NCBI RefSeq assembly: GCF_963921235.1
Contig: NC_086108.1
Location: 65,970,001-66,034,000, forward strand
DNA length: 64,000 bases
Direction of reading: 5' to 3'
From: Mobula hypostoma
Lineage: Eukaryota
The translations under genes were made by a program, and so were the position numbers. Below, one piece after another: positions 13,425 to 26,187 of this stretch. Positions within the stretch are counted from its first letter, which is position 1, and each line of letters opens with the position of its first letter. The notes under the pieces were generated by a model that saw only the letters and a program-made list of their open reading frames with translations, searched no databases and was not told where the DNA came from.

Positions 13425-13930
13425 AGTAATCAAGTAAAGTCAAGTCAAGTCAAGTCAAGTGAAGTCTATTGTCATTTAACTACATACAGTGCATGTATAT
13501 AACATATATAATGTCTATAGAAATGAGATGCTTCTTTGATCCATGGTGCAAAACACAGAATACACATAACACACAATAACTTATGAAGGTAAGGATAAAA
13601 TTTACAGATGAATCACACCTAAGTAACAAACTTAAGTGCATTAATATTAAATATTGTAGGGTACGGAACAGATTAACCAGTGACATTTTGAATATGATGC
13701 AACTGGGAGTTCAGAAGCCTAATGCTCTGGGGGAAGAAATTGTTTCTCATCCTGACCGTTCTTGTTTTTATGTATCATAGTCTCCTGCCTGATGGTAGAA
13801 AGTCAATGAGATGCTGGATGGATGGGTGGGATCCTTAATAATACTCAGGGCCCTGTGCATGCAGCACCCTTGATAAATGTCCCCAATGGATGGTAGGGAG
13901 ACCCCTATGATCCTCTCAGCCATTCTCTCT
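13425..13930 (-). mobile_element. Rex1/Babar LINE 3' end
   Basis: (caagt)n tail at 13428-13467; minus strand IIKDPTHPSS..LPSGRR. Confidence 0.7.
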
Positions 13931-14493
13931 TAGGCAGTGCTATCCAATCAAAGCCAAATTCTGAAAGAATAATATTGCGCAATCTTCCTTTACTTATTTT
14001 TTACCATTTGCTTTAATAAATTCCTACTTTCTGACTGTTCTACACAATATATAATATAAATGCCCAAATGCTTTAATGCTAAGAAGACCAAGATATTATA
14101 TAATCTTGGTAGAAATTGACATTAAGACTTAAATATTTTATAATATTGGTGGTGTCCTGTGTACATATCCAGTATATTAAAATAAATTCCTGGCTCAGAC
14201 CTTGTTCATTGTGAATGGGCACAAATCTTGAATACTTTCATGAACATTTAGTCAAACAATAAATATTTCTATTTTCTCATTGTCACTGTTATTGTAATTT
14301 TTATAATGCAGCAGAATCAGTGACCTCTTGCGTCACTAATCCTGGATTAATCCCCAAATTAAGCTTGTTACGATTAAACAATGCATTAAGTATTGCATTT
14401 TAATCATACAGTTATGGCGGTACAAATGATATACCAGAATACTACTGAATCACAGCAAAGCATTTCCTATTCATACATATTGTATTTTTGATT

Positions 14494-14639
14494 CTTCTCG
14501 GTGGATTGTCACCTTGTCGTGGTGGAGAAGCTTGTGTGATCCTGTGATCCCGAGAGCAATGCCGTCTGGAGCTATGCTCCTGGTAGGGTCACTCATGGCA
14601 GTCAGGTCGAGGGTGAGGTCCCTGACAAAGAACAATCCA
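14494..14639 (+). ncRNA. Candidate HDV-like self-cleaving ribozyme
   Basis: P1 cttctc/gagaag, P2 tggattgt/acaatcca, P3 acc/ggt closing a 7-nt loop ttgtcgt, J4/2-like gaCaaa, all in HDV strand order; P1.1 is non-canonical. Confidence 0.5.
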
Positions 14640-14913
14640 ACCAAGACCTCAACGGTGGAACAGGCGGACGAAGTTACTTTGAAATCAATGGCTGTGAAGG
14701 CGGATGAAGTCTGCAACAAATCCATCAGCTTCAATCGTCGTGGTTTCCATGCCATTGGAATCAGTTGGTTGATTTGTGAAGTATCGTGTGCTTCTTGGAG
14801 TGCAACATCGAGTACACGTTAAACAAATACATGCACAGGCATCTTCGCTCTGTGGGCCACTTGATCAATAGAATGAAGACCATCATCCTCAACCTCGAGG
14901 GATAGCCATCATG
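14495..14913 (+). mobile_element. Non-autonomous RTE (Expander/BovB-like 5'UTR) element
   Basis: 11-bp TSD atttttgattc at 14484-14494 and 14914-14924; tcaccttgtcgtggtggag..ggtagggtcactcatggc recalls RTE 5'UTRs. Confidence 0.75.
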
Positions 14914-15699
14914 ATTTTTGATTCCAATTGAATGTCAACCCATTACATTTGCTGCTAATCCTGAATAGTGACAATGTATTTTGCCTAAGGACAAACAAGA
15001 ATTTCGGAACAAGTTGACTAATTTTTTGACAAGTCAACATTATATATATTTAAGTAGACTTACAAATTAGACTACATGCAAAATTTGTTAAAACATTTTC
15101 TTTAGAGGCTTTTCTTTGTTGCTTAATAGTAAATTGTATTCAGGTAGCATGTATGCTGGTACTGAAGAAATGTCAAGTTGACAAACATAATTGTCACCCA
15201 TGAGTGCATTTCATTGAAGAGTCTCCAGGCCAGGTTATCATTAGATTAACTAGGTTGGCTTAATTTCTCCTTAAATCCTTTATCCCAGGTCACTGTGCAA
15301 CAGATTTCAATTCTTGTAATTTGTATAGCCAGTACTGTACTTTGATTTTAATTTTGATTTACACAGCCATTGAAGTTTAACCGTAGACTCCTCACAGCTT
15401 ATAGAGAAATGTTCCAATAAACCTGCTTTGCTTAAAATCTAAGAAGAAAATTAATTAATCAATTCATTTAATGAATCGACAAACATTAAATTGTAACATT
15501 CCCATTCAATCAGTCCTTCATTAGAATAAAAAATACTCTTTAAGTAAAGTCTATTAGCTTCATATATTATTTTAAAAAGTGCATTATTATTAATGTTCAG
15601 AACAATTATTTTTTTCTTTATTCCTAATTCCAATTTTGTGAGTTACATTTTTCTCTCTGTAAGTGTTTCTGAACAGAATGTACAAATATCTCTTTTGGT

Positions 15700-16625
15700 G
15701 AATTGGTAAATTGGTTTACAATTGTCACATGTACCAAGGAACAGTGAAAATCTTGTCTGTTCATATAAATTCATTCATTCATTACGTTTGTGCATCATGG
15801 CAGTAGAAGGTAAAACAATAATAGAGTGCAGAATAAAATGTTTCAGTTATAGAGAAAGGGCAGTGCCGGTAGACATTAAGATGCAAAGTTATTACAAGGT
15901 TTAATATGAAGCCAGGAGTCCATTTTTTTGTGGTCGGGAACCACTCAATTGTCATGTAACAATGGGATGGAAGCTGTCCTTGAGTGTGGCGATATGCGCT
16001 TTCAGACTTCTGTCTCATAAGAGAAGGGAGATGAAGAGAGAATATCCAGGCTGGGTGGGGTCTTTGACTATATGGCTGCTTTACCAAGGCAGGAAGAATT
16101 ATAGACATGGAAGGGAGGCTGGTTTCCATGATGTGCTGAGGTGTGTCCACAACCCTCTGCAGTTTCTTGTGTTACGGGCAAAGCAGTTACAATAGCATTC
16201 TGATCAGATAGGATACCATTCAGATAGGATGTTTACTGTGATGCATCGATAAAAATTAGTGAGGGTCAAGGAGGCCTGCCGAACTTCTTTAGCCTCCTGA
16301 GGAAGTAGAGGTGCTGTTGAGTTTTCTTGACCATGGCATCAATGTGGTTGGACAGGGCCAGGCTACTGGTGATGTCCATTACTGGAAACTCTCTTGATCT
16401 CAGCACCGTTGATGTAAACAGGAACATATATACTGCCACCCCTTCCTGAAGACAATGATCAGCTCTTTTGTTTTGCTGACATCAGGGGAAAAGTTGTTGT
16501 CATGACACCATGTCACTCGGCTCTTAATCTCCTTCCTGTTCTCCAACATTATTTGAGTTATAGTCCACTGTGGGGGTATTATCTGCAGACATGGATGGAG
16601 TTAGAGCAAAATCTGGTCATGCAGA
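15700..16625 (-). mobile_element. Older Rex1/Babar LINE fragment
   Basis: Minus strand QHLYFLRRLKKFG, KKLQRVVDTPQHIMETSLPS; ttggtaaattgg tail. Confidence 0.75.
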
Positions 16626-17444
16626 AACTTGCCTACAACATTCTTTACCCAGTAGCTAGACTACTACAGATTGAGTTTCTCCTTAAGTACCTTCTTTAAA
16701 TTTTCTCTCTGGAGACTCAGCTTTCCTTTATTTGGGTTCCTTTCTCAGGTTAGCTGGTTAGTTGGATATAATGAAGTTAAAATACGAGGAATTATTTTTC
16801 TGATCTGTTGCATCATAATTCTGCAAAAGAAAGCACATTTATTTACACAATTATAAACGGGAAAAAAAAACAGATTTCAAAGCTAATTCTATCAAAGTGA
16901 GAGATAGGAATGAACCCAGTGTGTCAGTCACTTCATTTACAAATATTATTTGGGGTTTTGTGCATACATTTAAAGATGCCCTATGGAATATAAGGAGGGA
17001 TTAAATACAGATCATCTTTTTACCAAATGACATCACTGCACTTCAAAACACTGCTCACAATATGTGACATCTGACAAATGATAATCACATTTAAAATAAA
17101 ATATGGGGAATTGAGTCAACAGAGCACTTGCGAATGAATGACATGCTGAATATGTTAAAGCTTTCAAACCTGTTTTCCTTTGCAAGCAGGCATCCTAGGA
17201 GTTACCCACCACAGAATAGGGATTATCTGAGACTATTTTTGACCGGACCTACCTCAGTGCTGATGGAGCAGGTTAAACAGAGCAGTTATACTGATATGCT
17301 CACAGACCTGTATCATAAAATGAATTGTAATGGATAATTTTGAAATAATGTGCAGTATTTACTTTTAAGTGCAAATTTGTAGGGTGCGTTTATTGGAGGT
17401 AGAATAAAATAGAAACAGCATTGCTAATTTCTTAAAACAAATTA

Positions 17445-19385
17445 TCCAATTGAATTGACTTTATTTCTTACATACTTCACATACATTATGAGTAAAAATC
17501 TTTATGTTACACCTCTGTCTAAGTGTGCAATGTACAATTTATAGTAATTTGTAATAAATAATATGTACAACAGGACAGTCAATATAGCATAGAAATACAA
17601 TTGTATCAATGTGAATTAATCAGTCTGATGGCCTGGTGGAAGAAGCTGTCCCATTCTCTGTTGGTCCTGGCTTTAATGCTGTGGTACCATTTCCCAGATG
17701 GTAGCAGCTAGAACAGTTTGTGGTTGGGCTGACCTGGGTCCCCAATGATCCTTTGGGTCCTTTTTATGCACCTGTCTCTGTAAGTATCCTGAATAGTGGG
17801 AAGTTCACATCTACAGATGCCCTGTGCTGTCCGTACCACACTCTGTAGAGTCCTGCGATTGAAGGAAGTACAGTTTCCATACCAGGCAGTAACACAGCCA
17901 GTCAGGATGCTCTCAATTGTGCCCCTGTAGAAAGTCCTTAGGATTTAGGGACTTAGGCCAAACTTCTTCAACCGTCTGAGGTGAAAGAGGCGCTGTTGTA
18001 CAGACCATGTGAGATCCTTGGTGATGTGTACGCCGAGCAACTTAAAGCTGTTCACCCTCTCTATGCCCGATCCATTGATGTCAATAGGGGCTAGTCGATT
18101 TCCATTCCTCCTGTAGTCCACAACCAGCTCCTTTGTTTTTGCAACATTGAGGGAGAGGTTGTTTTCTTGACACCATTGTGTCAGGGTGATGACTTCTTCT
18201 CGGTAGGCTGCCTCGTTATTATTTGAGATAAGGCCAATCAATGTAGTATCATCAGCAAATTTAATTAGCAGATTGGAGCTGTGGGTGGTGTGACAGTCAT
18301 GGGTATACAGAGAGTAAAGGAAGGGGTTTAGGACACAGCCTTGAGGGTCAGAGGGGCGGGAGCCACTCTTACCACCTGCTGGTGATCTGACAGGAAGTCC
18401 AGGATCCAGCTGCACAAGGCAGGGTGAAGGCCGAGGTCTCTGAGCTTCTTGTCAATGAAGGTGTTGAATGTTGAACTGTAGTCGAATAACAGCATCCTCA
18501 CATAAGCATCCTTCTTCTCCAGATGTTTAGAACTGTGGCTATTGCATCGTCTGTTGATCAGATGTGTCAGTAGGCGAATTGTAGGGGGTCTGGTTTGGGT
18601 GGTAGCAAGCTGCAGATGTAGTCCTTGACCAGCCTCTCAAAGCATTTACTTATTGTTGAGTTGAGTGCAACAAGACGCCAGTCGTTCAGACATGTTACCT
18701 TGGTCTTTTTTAGGTCCAGGAACAATGGTGGATATTTTGAAGCAGAAGGGCACTCTACACAGGGAGAGGGAAAGATTAAAAATATCTGTAAACACACCTG
18801 ACAGTTGTACCGCGCACACTCTGAGTACCCGCCCTGGGATGCCTTCCGGTTCGCAGTCTTGCGGCTGTCCACTCATTGGAAATACCTGCATACTTCAGCC
18901 TCAGAGATGACCAAGGTGCAGATTGCTTTGGTAGCTCTCCTCGGGGGCTCAGTGTTGGCGACATCGAATGAGCATAAATAAGATTTCGCTCATCTGGGAG
19001 AGAGGCAGTGGTGTTGGCAGCACTACTGTGCTTAACTTTGAAGTCTGTGATGGTGTGCAGACCTTGCCATAAGCTACGTGTGTTGTTGGTGGAGAGTTGT
19101 GTCTGGATCTTGTCCCTGTATTGTCGTTTTGTTGGCTTGATGACTTTGCGTGGATCATAGCTGCATTTCTTGAGTTCCTGTTGGTTACCGGCTGTGTAAG
19201 CTCTGTCTCACACGGTAAATGCAGCTCGCATCGAACTGTTGATCCAGGGCTTCTGGTTTGGATAGACCCTGACAGATTCTGGGGGGATAACGTCCTCGAT
19301 GCACTTCCGGATGAAGCTCATGACCTCCTTGCGAACTTGGAGACATCCAGATATCCTCATCATGAAAGACATTCCAGTTGATATC
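17445..19385 (-). mobile_element. Rex1/Babar LINE, 5'-truncated
   Basis: [62 protein letters not shown]; (caatt) tail. Confidence 0.9.
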
Positions 19386-19979
19386 ATCAAAGCTAAATAT
19401 TTCAAATGAACTTAAGCTACAGATTTAGTTTTTTTCTAAAATGAGGTACTATAGGAAATGAAAAGTTTTTTTTCTAGATGCAATGTATATAATGAAGTAG
19501 TCATTTGGAAAATGTTTTGTGCTTCTTAGAGGTACTTTAGGTACATGTCATCATAGCTAGATTTCTATGTACAGAGAGTTTTCTTTTGGAAGTAACACAA
19601 AGTTCTATAAAAAGGAAAGTTTGAAACTGAAATATTGAATCACCACGCAGAATCACTGAGAATGATTTGCATGATTATTATCGCAATTCATTTTCTTTTG
19701 CATTGAGAATTCTTGGTGTAGGAATTGCCCTGTTGCGCAAAAAACCTTAAAAGTAATAGTTAATATAGAAGGAAAAATATTTTAAAAGATGATGCCATGA
19801 TGACATTAGGCTTATTGGTTGAGTCTTGAGAGTTGAAATGCTTATCAAATTCACATATTAAGGTTAATGAGTAAGGATAGTTCAACTCAGGGGAAAGCTA
19901 CAGGAATTTCAGTGTACAACTGAAGTGAAAGAGATTCTTTTCTCTAATACTGACATCATTCCTTTTGCTGAAAACAACT

Positions 19980-20238
19980 TTTAAATAAAGATTTATATAT
20001 TGAGATAGCCTGTCCAGCAATCCCCAATTTAACCCCAGCCTTATCATGGGACAATTTACATTGACCAATTAACTTACCAACCACTATGTCTGTACTGTGG
20101 TGGGAAACGAGCACCTGGAGGAAACCCATGCAGTCAAGGGGAGAATGTACAAACTCCCTACATGCAATGGCGGGAATTCAGCCCAGGTTGCTGGTACTGT
20201 AAAGCATTGTGCTAACTACTACACTACCGTGCCTCCCA
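19980..20238 (-). mobile_element. HE1-like V-SINE
   Basis: Same head and V-domain as the copy at 8405-8690. Confidence 0.75.
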
Positions 20239-22169
20239 ATAAAGATTTTTTTAAAATGGATTAATACATTCATATTCTATGGAATTGATTCATAAAAATC
20301 TCACTATATTTTAAGAGATATTGACAATGAAAATTAAGGTATGTAATTCCCTACAATGAACATGAGCTTTAGTTATTATCTATGGAGATACCACTAAATA
20401 TCTAGTTCAGCACATGTGGAGGCTATTAGATTACACAAGGATTCTGTGGTGAGCTTAAAACAAGTTTATAATTACTTGTTTGTTTTGTCTAGACAGGTTT
20501 GTCTTGCATCAGTTGGCCCAAAGTAACTCTTGTAGTTTGATCTCAATTAGCTTCATTGGATTGGGAAGATTTTGTCAACATATGTTGAAATGAGGCAGGC
20601 AAAGCCATTGACTAGTGAAAGCAATAGACAAGAACTGATCACTAATGATGTGATACCATTTTACATTATATGTGCATTTATAAGATGCATTATCATGGCA
20701 GTAAATTCAGAAGAATAGCTGATTGAAAGATAATTATTGGCAGTTACTTATTGTTCATTAACACTTTGTTTTCCACAATGAACTAACAAAATATAGCATA
20801 TTAAAACAGAAATTTAAACAAAATATTTCATTTTTGGGTTAATATGAACATCATGATTTTTTGACTTATATTGCTTTATTTTTCTCATGCATATTATCTT
20901 TACTTTGTGATATTTTGGACCAAAGTGAAAGATTTTCTCCTAGCTTTCACAATTAAAATGACAGTGATAAAGGGCTAATAATTAAAAACCATGAGCTAGG
21001 TATTTGAAATGGAAAAAGAACATGATTTCCTTTTTAAAGGAGCTTTTTTTAAATGCAGTATTTCATCTTACAGGGGGGCATGGCAGGATATCTTTCATCC
21101 TTACCTGGGGTCTGGCTTAGGTGTGACTCCAGATCAGTACAAATATTGTTGACTTTTAATTATCCTCTGAAGTATCCTAACAGACTATCAAGCTGGGGGT
21201 CAATTCGGGATGGGCAATAAACGCTGGGCTTGGCAGCAAAGCCCACATTCTGAAAAAATGAATAACTAAACAAAAGTAAACAAAATTATTGACAATTTGT
21301 TTTGAAGAACAGATAGAATGATGGTGATATTACATGTGCTCTTGATATTTCAGTTCAGCCAAAGTAGGGCTAATTCATTAATATGACATTATAATCTTAC
21401 AATGGAAATTTCCATTATTTCCTTCAGTGGCTGATTCCTCTGCCTGTGAGCTCAAGAACACATGGGACATTAGTAATTAAATACTACTTAAACCTTTAAT
21501 TTGTCTACTGTTCTTGGCCAATTATGAGGGGACTAAGTATGTACCTAATGGGGAGGACTGGAAAGGGTCATGGTTTTGAGGGCAGTAGCTTTCAAATTGA
21601 TAAAGCTGCAAAAGATCAATGGATTACAGAATAAACAATGCCTGTTAAAGGAATGATGATGGAACAGGTTCATACTTGATGTGCTAGGTATAAGCTCCTG
21701 ATGCAGAGAACTAAACTTCACACTGACTGTCGCAATACCCATACAAAGCTATTGCTCACTGAGTTTGTGTTCTAGTGAGGAAAATAAAATGAGGGGCAAG
21801 TCTTTTCTAGAATTTTTTGAGAAGGGAAGAAAGTCGTCAGACTCAGTGGACTTACTGATCATTTATACTGTATGTATGAAATTAATTTACTGATTTTGGA
21901 GATTTCATCTTTTCTTCTACATTCCAGGTGCTGCTGCAGAGATTTGCTTTGTGGTTGACTCCACTTTGGTATGTTTGCCTTTGCTTGATACTTGCTGACA
22001 GTATAGGCCTTGAGGTGGAGCCTGACCTTTTCATGATTTGCTAAAGGTTTGAATACTAATTGGCATATCTCTCCTTAAAAGCATGGGATTTATTTGAAAG
22101 CCTTTGCCTAGAATGAAAAAATAAAATAAGGACATTGAGACTTTCACAATCTTCAACATCTTAATTTTC

Positions 22170-22400
22170 TAGAGCCACAAAGTTGTTTTGAATTCCAGTC
22201 CTTGTTGTAATGTCACAGAATGGCAACTAATTTATGTATAGCAAACTCTCTTTGACAACCATGCATTAGTGACCATGTAATCTGTCTCTTCTTTTATGTA
22301 CACCTGACTTCAGTTTAATCTGATCTAAAAAGCAGCACCTCCAACAGTGCGACACTCTCTTGGTTCAGCATAGAAGTGTCAAGCTAAATGCATTATTTCA
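22170..22400 (-). mobile_element. Old Deu-domain SINE (SacSINE1/AmnSINE1-like) remnant
   Basis: gtttaatctgatctaaaaagcagcacctccaacagtgcgacactctc resembles the recalled Deu core. Confidence 0.5.
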
Positions 22401-22764
22401 GGTTTATGGGGTGATACTTATTCCTACAGCCTTGTAATCCCTACAAAAGTGCATTGCCAACTGAGTCACTGTTGACATCTCTGAACAGAATCCAGCAATA
22501 TGTATCAAGAGAAAATTTCCACATAAAAGAACAAAGCTCATTGACAGAAAAATAACCAGGTTAATTTCTAAGTCACAAATTATCAAGGACCCTCTGAAGA
22601 GTAAATAACCATAATTAAGCCAAAGCACTGATCATTTGTTCTGAGCGTTAACAGACTTTAGAAAACCAAAGGTAGTCTGTTTCTTTTTAGGTTAATATTT
22701 CAGAAGAGAAAATTGCTTGATTATCACTTTCTATGCTTTCCATCTGTTTGTCTCCTATGAACAA

Positions 22765-23597
22765 TTACAACAAAAGAGATGGTTGTTGACTTCAGGAGGA
22801 CACAGAGCGACCACTCTCCACTGAACATCGACGACTTCTCCATAGAGATGGTTAAGAGCACCAAATTTCTTGGTGTTCACCTGGTGGAGAATCTCACCTG
22901 GTCCCTCAACACCAACTCCATAGCAAAGAAAGCCCAGCAGCGTCTCTACTTTCTGCGAAGGCTGAGAAAAGTCCACCCCCCATCCTCACCACATTCTACA
23001 GAGGTTATATTGAGAGCATCCTGAGCAGCTGCATCACTGCCTGGTTCAGAAATTGCACCATCTCGGATCACAAGACACTGCAGCGGATAGTGAGATCAGC
23101 TGAGAAGATCATCAAGGTCTCTCTTTCTGCAATTACGGACACTTATACCACATGCTGCATCTGCAAAGCAAACAGCATTCTGAAGGACCCCACACACCCC
23201 TCATACAAACACTTCTCCCTCCTGCCATCTGGCAAAAGGCACCAAAGCGTTCGGGCTCTCACGACCAGACTATGTAACAGTTTCTTCCCCCAAGCCACCA
23301 GACTCCTCAATAACCAGAGCCTGGATTGACACCAACCTACTGCCCTCTACTATGCCTATTATCTTGTTTATTATTTATTGTAATGCCTGCACTGTTTTGT
23401 GCACTTTATGCAGTCCTGGATAGGTCTGTAGTCTAGTGTAGTTTTTGTGTTGTTTTACGTAGTTCAGTGTAGTTTTTGTATTTGTCATGTAGCACCATGG
23501 TCCTGAAAAATGTTGTCTCATTTTTACTGTGTACTGTACCAGCAGTTATGGTCAAAATGACAATAAAAAGTGACTTGACTTGACTCAACTTGAACTG
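22765..23597 (+). mobile_element. Rex1/Babar LINE 3' fragment
   Basis: TKEMVVDFRR, KFLGVHLVENLTWS, KAQQRLYFLRRL, NSFFPQATRLLN; aataaa and (tgact)n tail. Confidence 0.9.
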
Positions 23598-23623
23598 TAA
23601 ACTTCAATGGCTTCTTCCACAGA

Positions 23624-24120
23624 CACTCTGTGGCCACTTTATTAGGTACACCTGTTCAATAATGCAAATATCTAATCAGCCAATCATGTGGCCGCACCTC
23701 AATGCATAAAAACATGCAGACATAGTCAAGAGGTGTAGTTCAAACATCTGAATGGGGAAGACATGTGATCTGAGGTGACTTTGACCATGGAATGAGTGTT
23801 GGTGCCTGAGGGGGAGGTTTGGATATCTCAGAAACTGCTGATCTGCAATTTTCACTGACACTAGTCTTTGGAATTTACAGAGAAAGGTGCAAAAAACAAA
23901 AAAAAAAAATCCAGTGGATGGCAGTTCTGTGGGTGAGAGAGTTCAGAGGAGAATGGCCAAACTGGTTTAAGCTGACAGGAAGGCGAGTGTAACTGAAATA
24001 ACCATGTGTTACAACAGTGGTGTGCAGAGGAGCAGTTTTGAATACACAACACATCAAACCTTGAAGTAGATGGGCTACAGCAGCAGAAAACCATGAACAT
24101 ACACTCAGAGCCCACTTTGT
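23624..24120 (+). mobile_element. Non-autonomous Tc1-like element (TIR plus N-terminal DNA-binding region)
   Basis: TIR cactctgtggccactttattaggtacacc; MGKTCDLxDFDHGM..ISETADL..MGYSSRKP; second copy at 50879-51433. Confidence 0.75.
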
Positions 24121-25440
24121 AAGCTGCACGAGGTAGGTATGGAAGAGAATGTATTGGACACTGAATTGCGTAGCACAGTGTCCTTTCATCCTAGAAGAGC
24201 CGGAAGGTAGTGTTGCAGCTCTTGGAATATTGTGCTCAGTTCCATTATAGGAATGACATAGAAGCTTTAGAGAGGGTGTATAGGAGATTTACCAGGATGC
24301 CTCCTGGATTATAGAGCATGTGTTACGAGCATAGGTTGAGCAAGCTAGGGCTTTTCTCTTTGGAGTGAAGGAGGAAGAGAGGTGACTTGATAGAAGTGTA
24401 TGAGATGATAAACGGCATAGATTGAGTGGATAGCCAGAGAAATTTTCCCAGGGCAGAAATGGTTAATACCAGGGTGTATAATTGTAAGATAATTCGAGGA
24501 AAGTACATGGGGATGTCAGAGGTAAGTTATTTACACAGAGAATGGAGAGTGCATGGAACACCCCACTGGGGTTGGTGGTAGAGGCAGATACATCAGAATC
24601 AGAATCAGAATCAGGTTTATTATCACAGGCATATGACGTGAAATTTGTTAACTTAGCAGCAGCAGTTCAATGCAATACATAATCTAGCAGAGAAAGAAAA
24701 AAATAAATAAAATAAAACTTAGTAATAAATAAACAAGTAAATCAATTACGTATATTGAATAGATTATTTAAAAATGTGCAAAAACAGAAGTACTGTATAT
24801 TAAATAAAGTGAGGTAGTGTCCAAAGCTTCAAAATCAATTTAGGAATCGGATGGCAGAGGGGAAGAAGCTGTCCCTGAATTGCTGAGTGTGTGCCTTCAG
24901 GTTTCTGTATCTCCTACCTGAAGGTAACTGTGAGAAAAGGGCATACCCTGGGTGCTGGAGGTCTTTAATAATGGACGCAGCCTTTCTGAAACACCGGTCC
25001 CTAAAGATGTCCTTGGGTGCTTTGTAGGCTAGTGCCCAAGATGGAGCTGACTAGACTTACAACCTTCTGCAGCTTCTTTTGGTCCTGTGCAGTAGCCCCT
25101 CCATACCAGACAGTGATGCAGCCTGTCAGAATGCTCTCCACAGTACAACTATAGAAGTTTATGAGTGTATTTGTTGACATGCCAAATCTCTTCAAACTCC
25201 TAATAAAGTATAGCCGCTGTCTTGCCTTCTTTATGACTACATCAATGTGTTGGGACCAGGTTAGATCCTCAGAGATCTTGACACCCAGGAACTTGAAGCT
25301 GCTCACTCTCTCCACTTCTGATCTCTCTATGAGGATTGGTATGTGTTCGTTCGTCTTACCCTTCCTGAAGTCCATAGTCAGCTCTTTCATCTTACGGACG
25401 TTGAGTGCCAGGTTGTTGCTGCGCCACCATTCCACTAGTT

Positions 25441-26187
25441 CAGCAGTCCCCAACCACTGGGCCGTGGACTGGTACCGGGCCACAAAGCATGTGCTACCGG
25501 GACGTGAGGAAACGATATGAGTCAGCTGCACCTTTCCTCATTCCCTGTCACGCACTGTTGAACTTGAACATAGGGTTGCCAACTGTCCCGTATTTGCTGG
25601 GACATCCCGTATATTGGGCTAAATTGGTTTGTCCTGTATTTCCCCCACTAAGGTAGAGCGTTCTTATGAAACCTTTCATGCCAAAATGGTGTGAATTGAA
25701 GAAGCAATTACCATTAATTTATATGGGAAAATTTTTGAACATTCCCAGACCTAAAAAATAACCTACAAATCATACCAAATAACACATAAAACTGAAAATA
25801 AGTAACACTAACATATAGTTGAAGCAGGAATGATGTGATAAGTACACAGCCTATATAAAGTAGAAATAATGTATGTACAGTGTAGTCGGGAAGATAAAGG
25901 CAAAACCAATTTGTGGGGAAAAAATCCGACACGTACGCGCATGCGCACACAGGTGCCTGCCCAAGGCTTCATTGCCATGGTACTCTTTCCTGGGGTAAAG
26001 TGTCTCGGGATTTGACTGCTACTTTTGTCCCTTATTTGGGAGTGAGAAAGTTGGCAACCCGAACTGTAAAAGACATGTTGAGGTGAGTTTAACCCCATTT
26101 GAACACCCCCACCCCTGGTTGGCTGGTCCGCAAGAATATTGTCAATATTAAACCGGTCCACGGTGCAAAAAAGATTGGGGACCCCTG
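25441..26187. mobile_element. hAT (Charlie/Buster-type) MITE
   Basis: TIRs cagcagtccccaacc and gattggggacccctg; 8-bp TSD cactagtt (25433-25440) and cactggtt (26188-26195), NNNTANNN type. Confidence 0.85.
25571..26062. mobile_element. Inner hAT-like MITE nested in the Charlie MITE
   Basis: TIRs tagggttgccaact and agttggcaacccga; subterminal tcccgtat repeats; no TSD visible. Confidence 0.65.

Noticed and set aside
17128..17337. Possible exon or ORF in unique DNA
   Set aside because: Weak donor on the plus strand, stops in all frames for the minus-strand candidate, and no recognisable protein.
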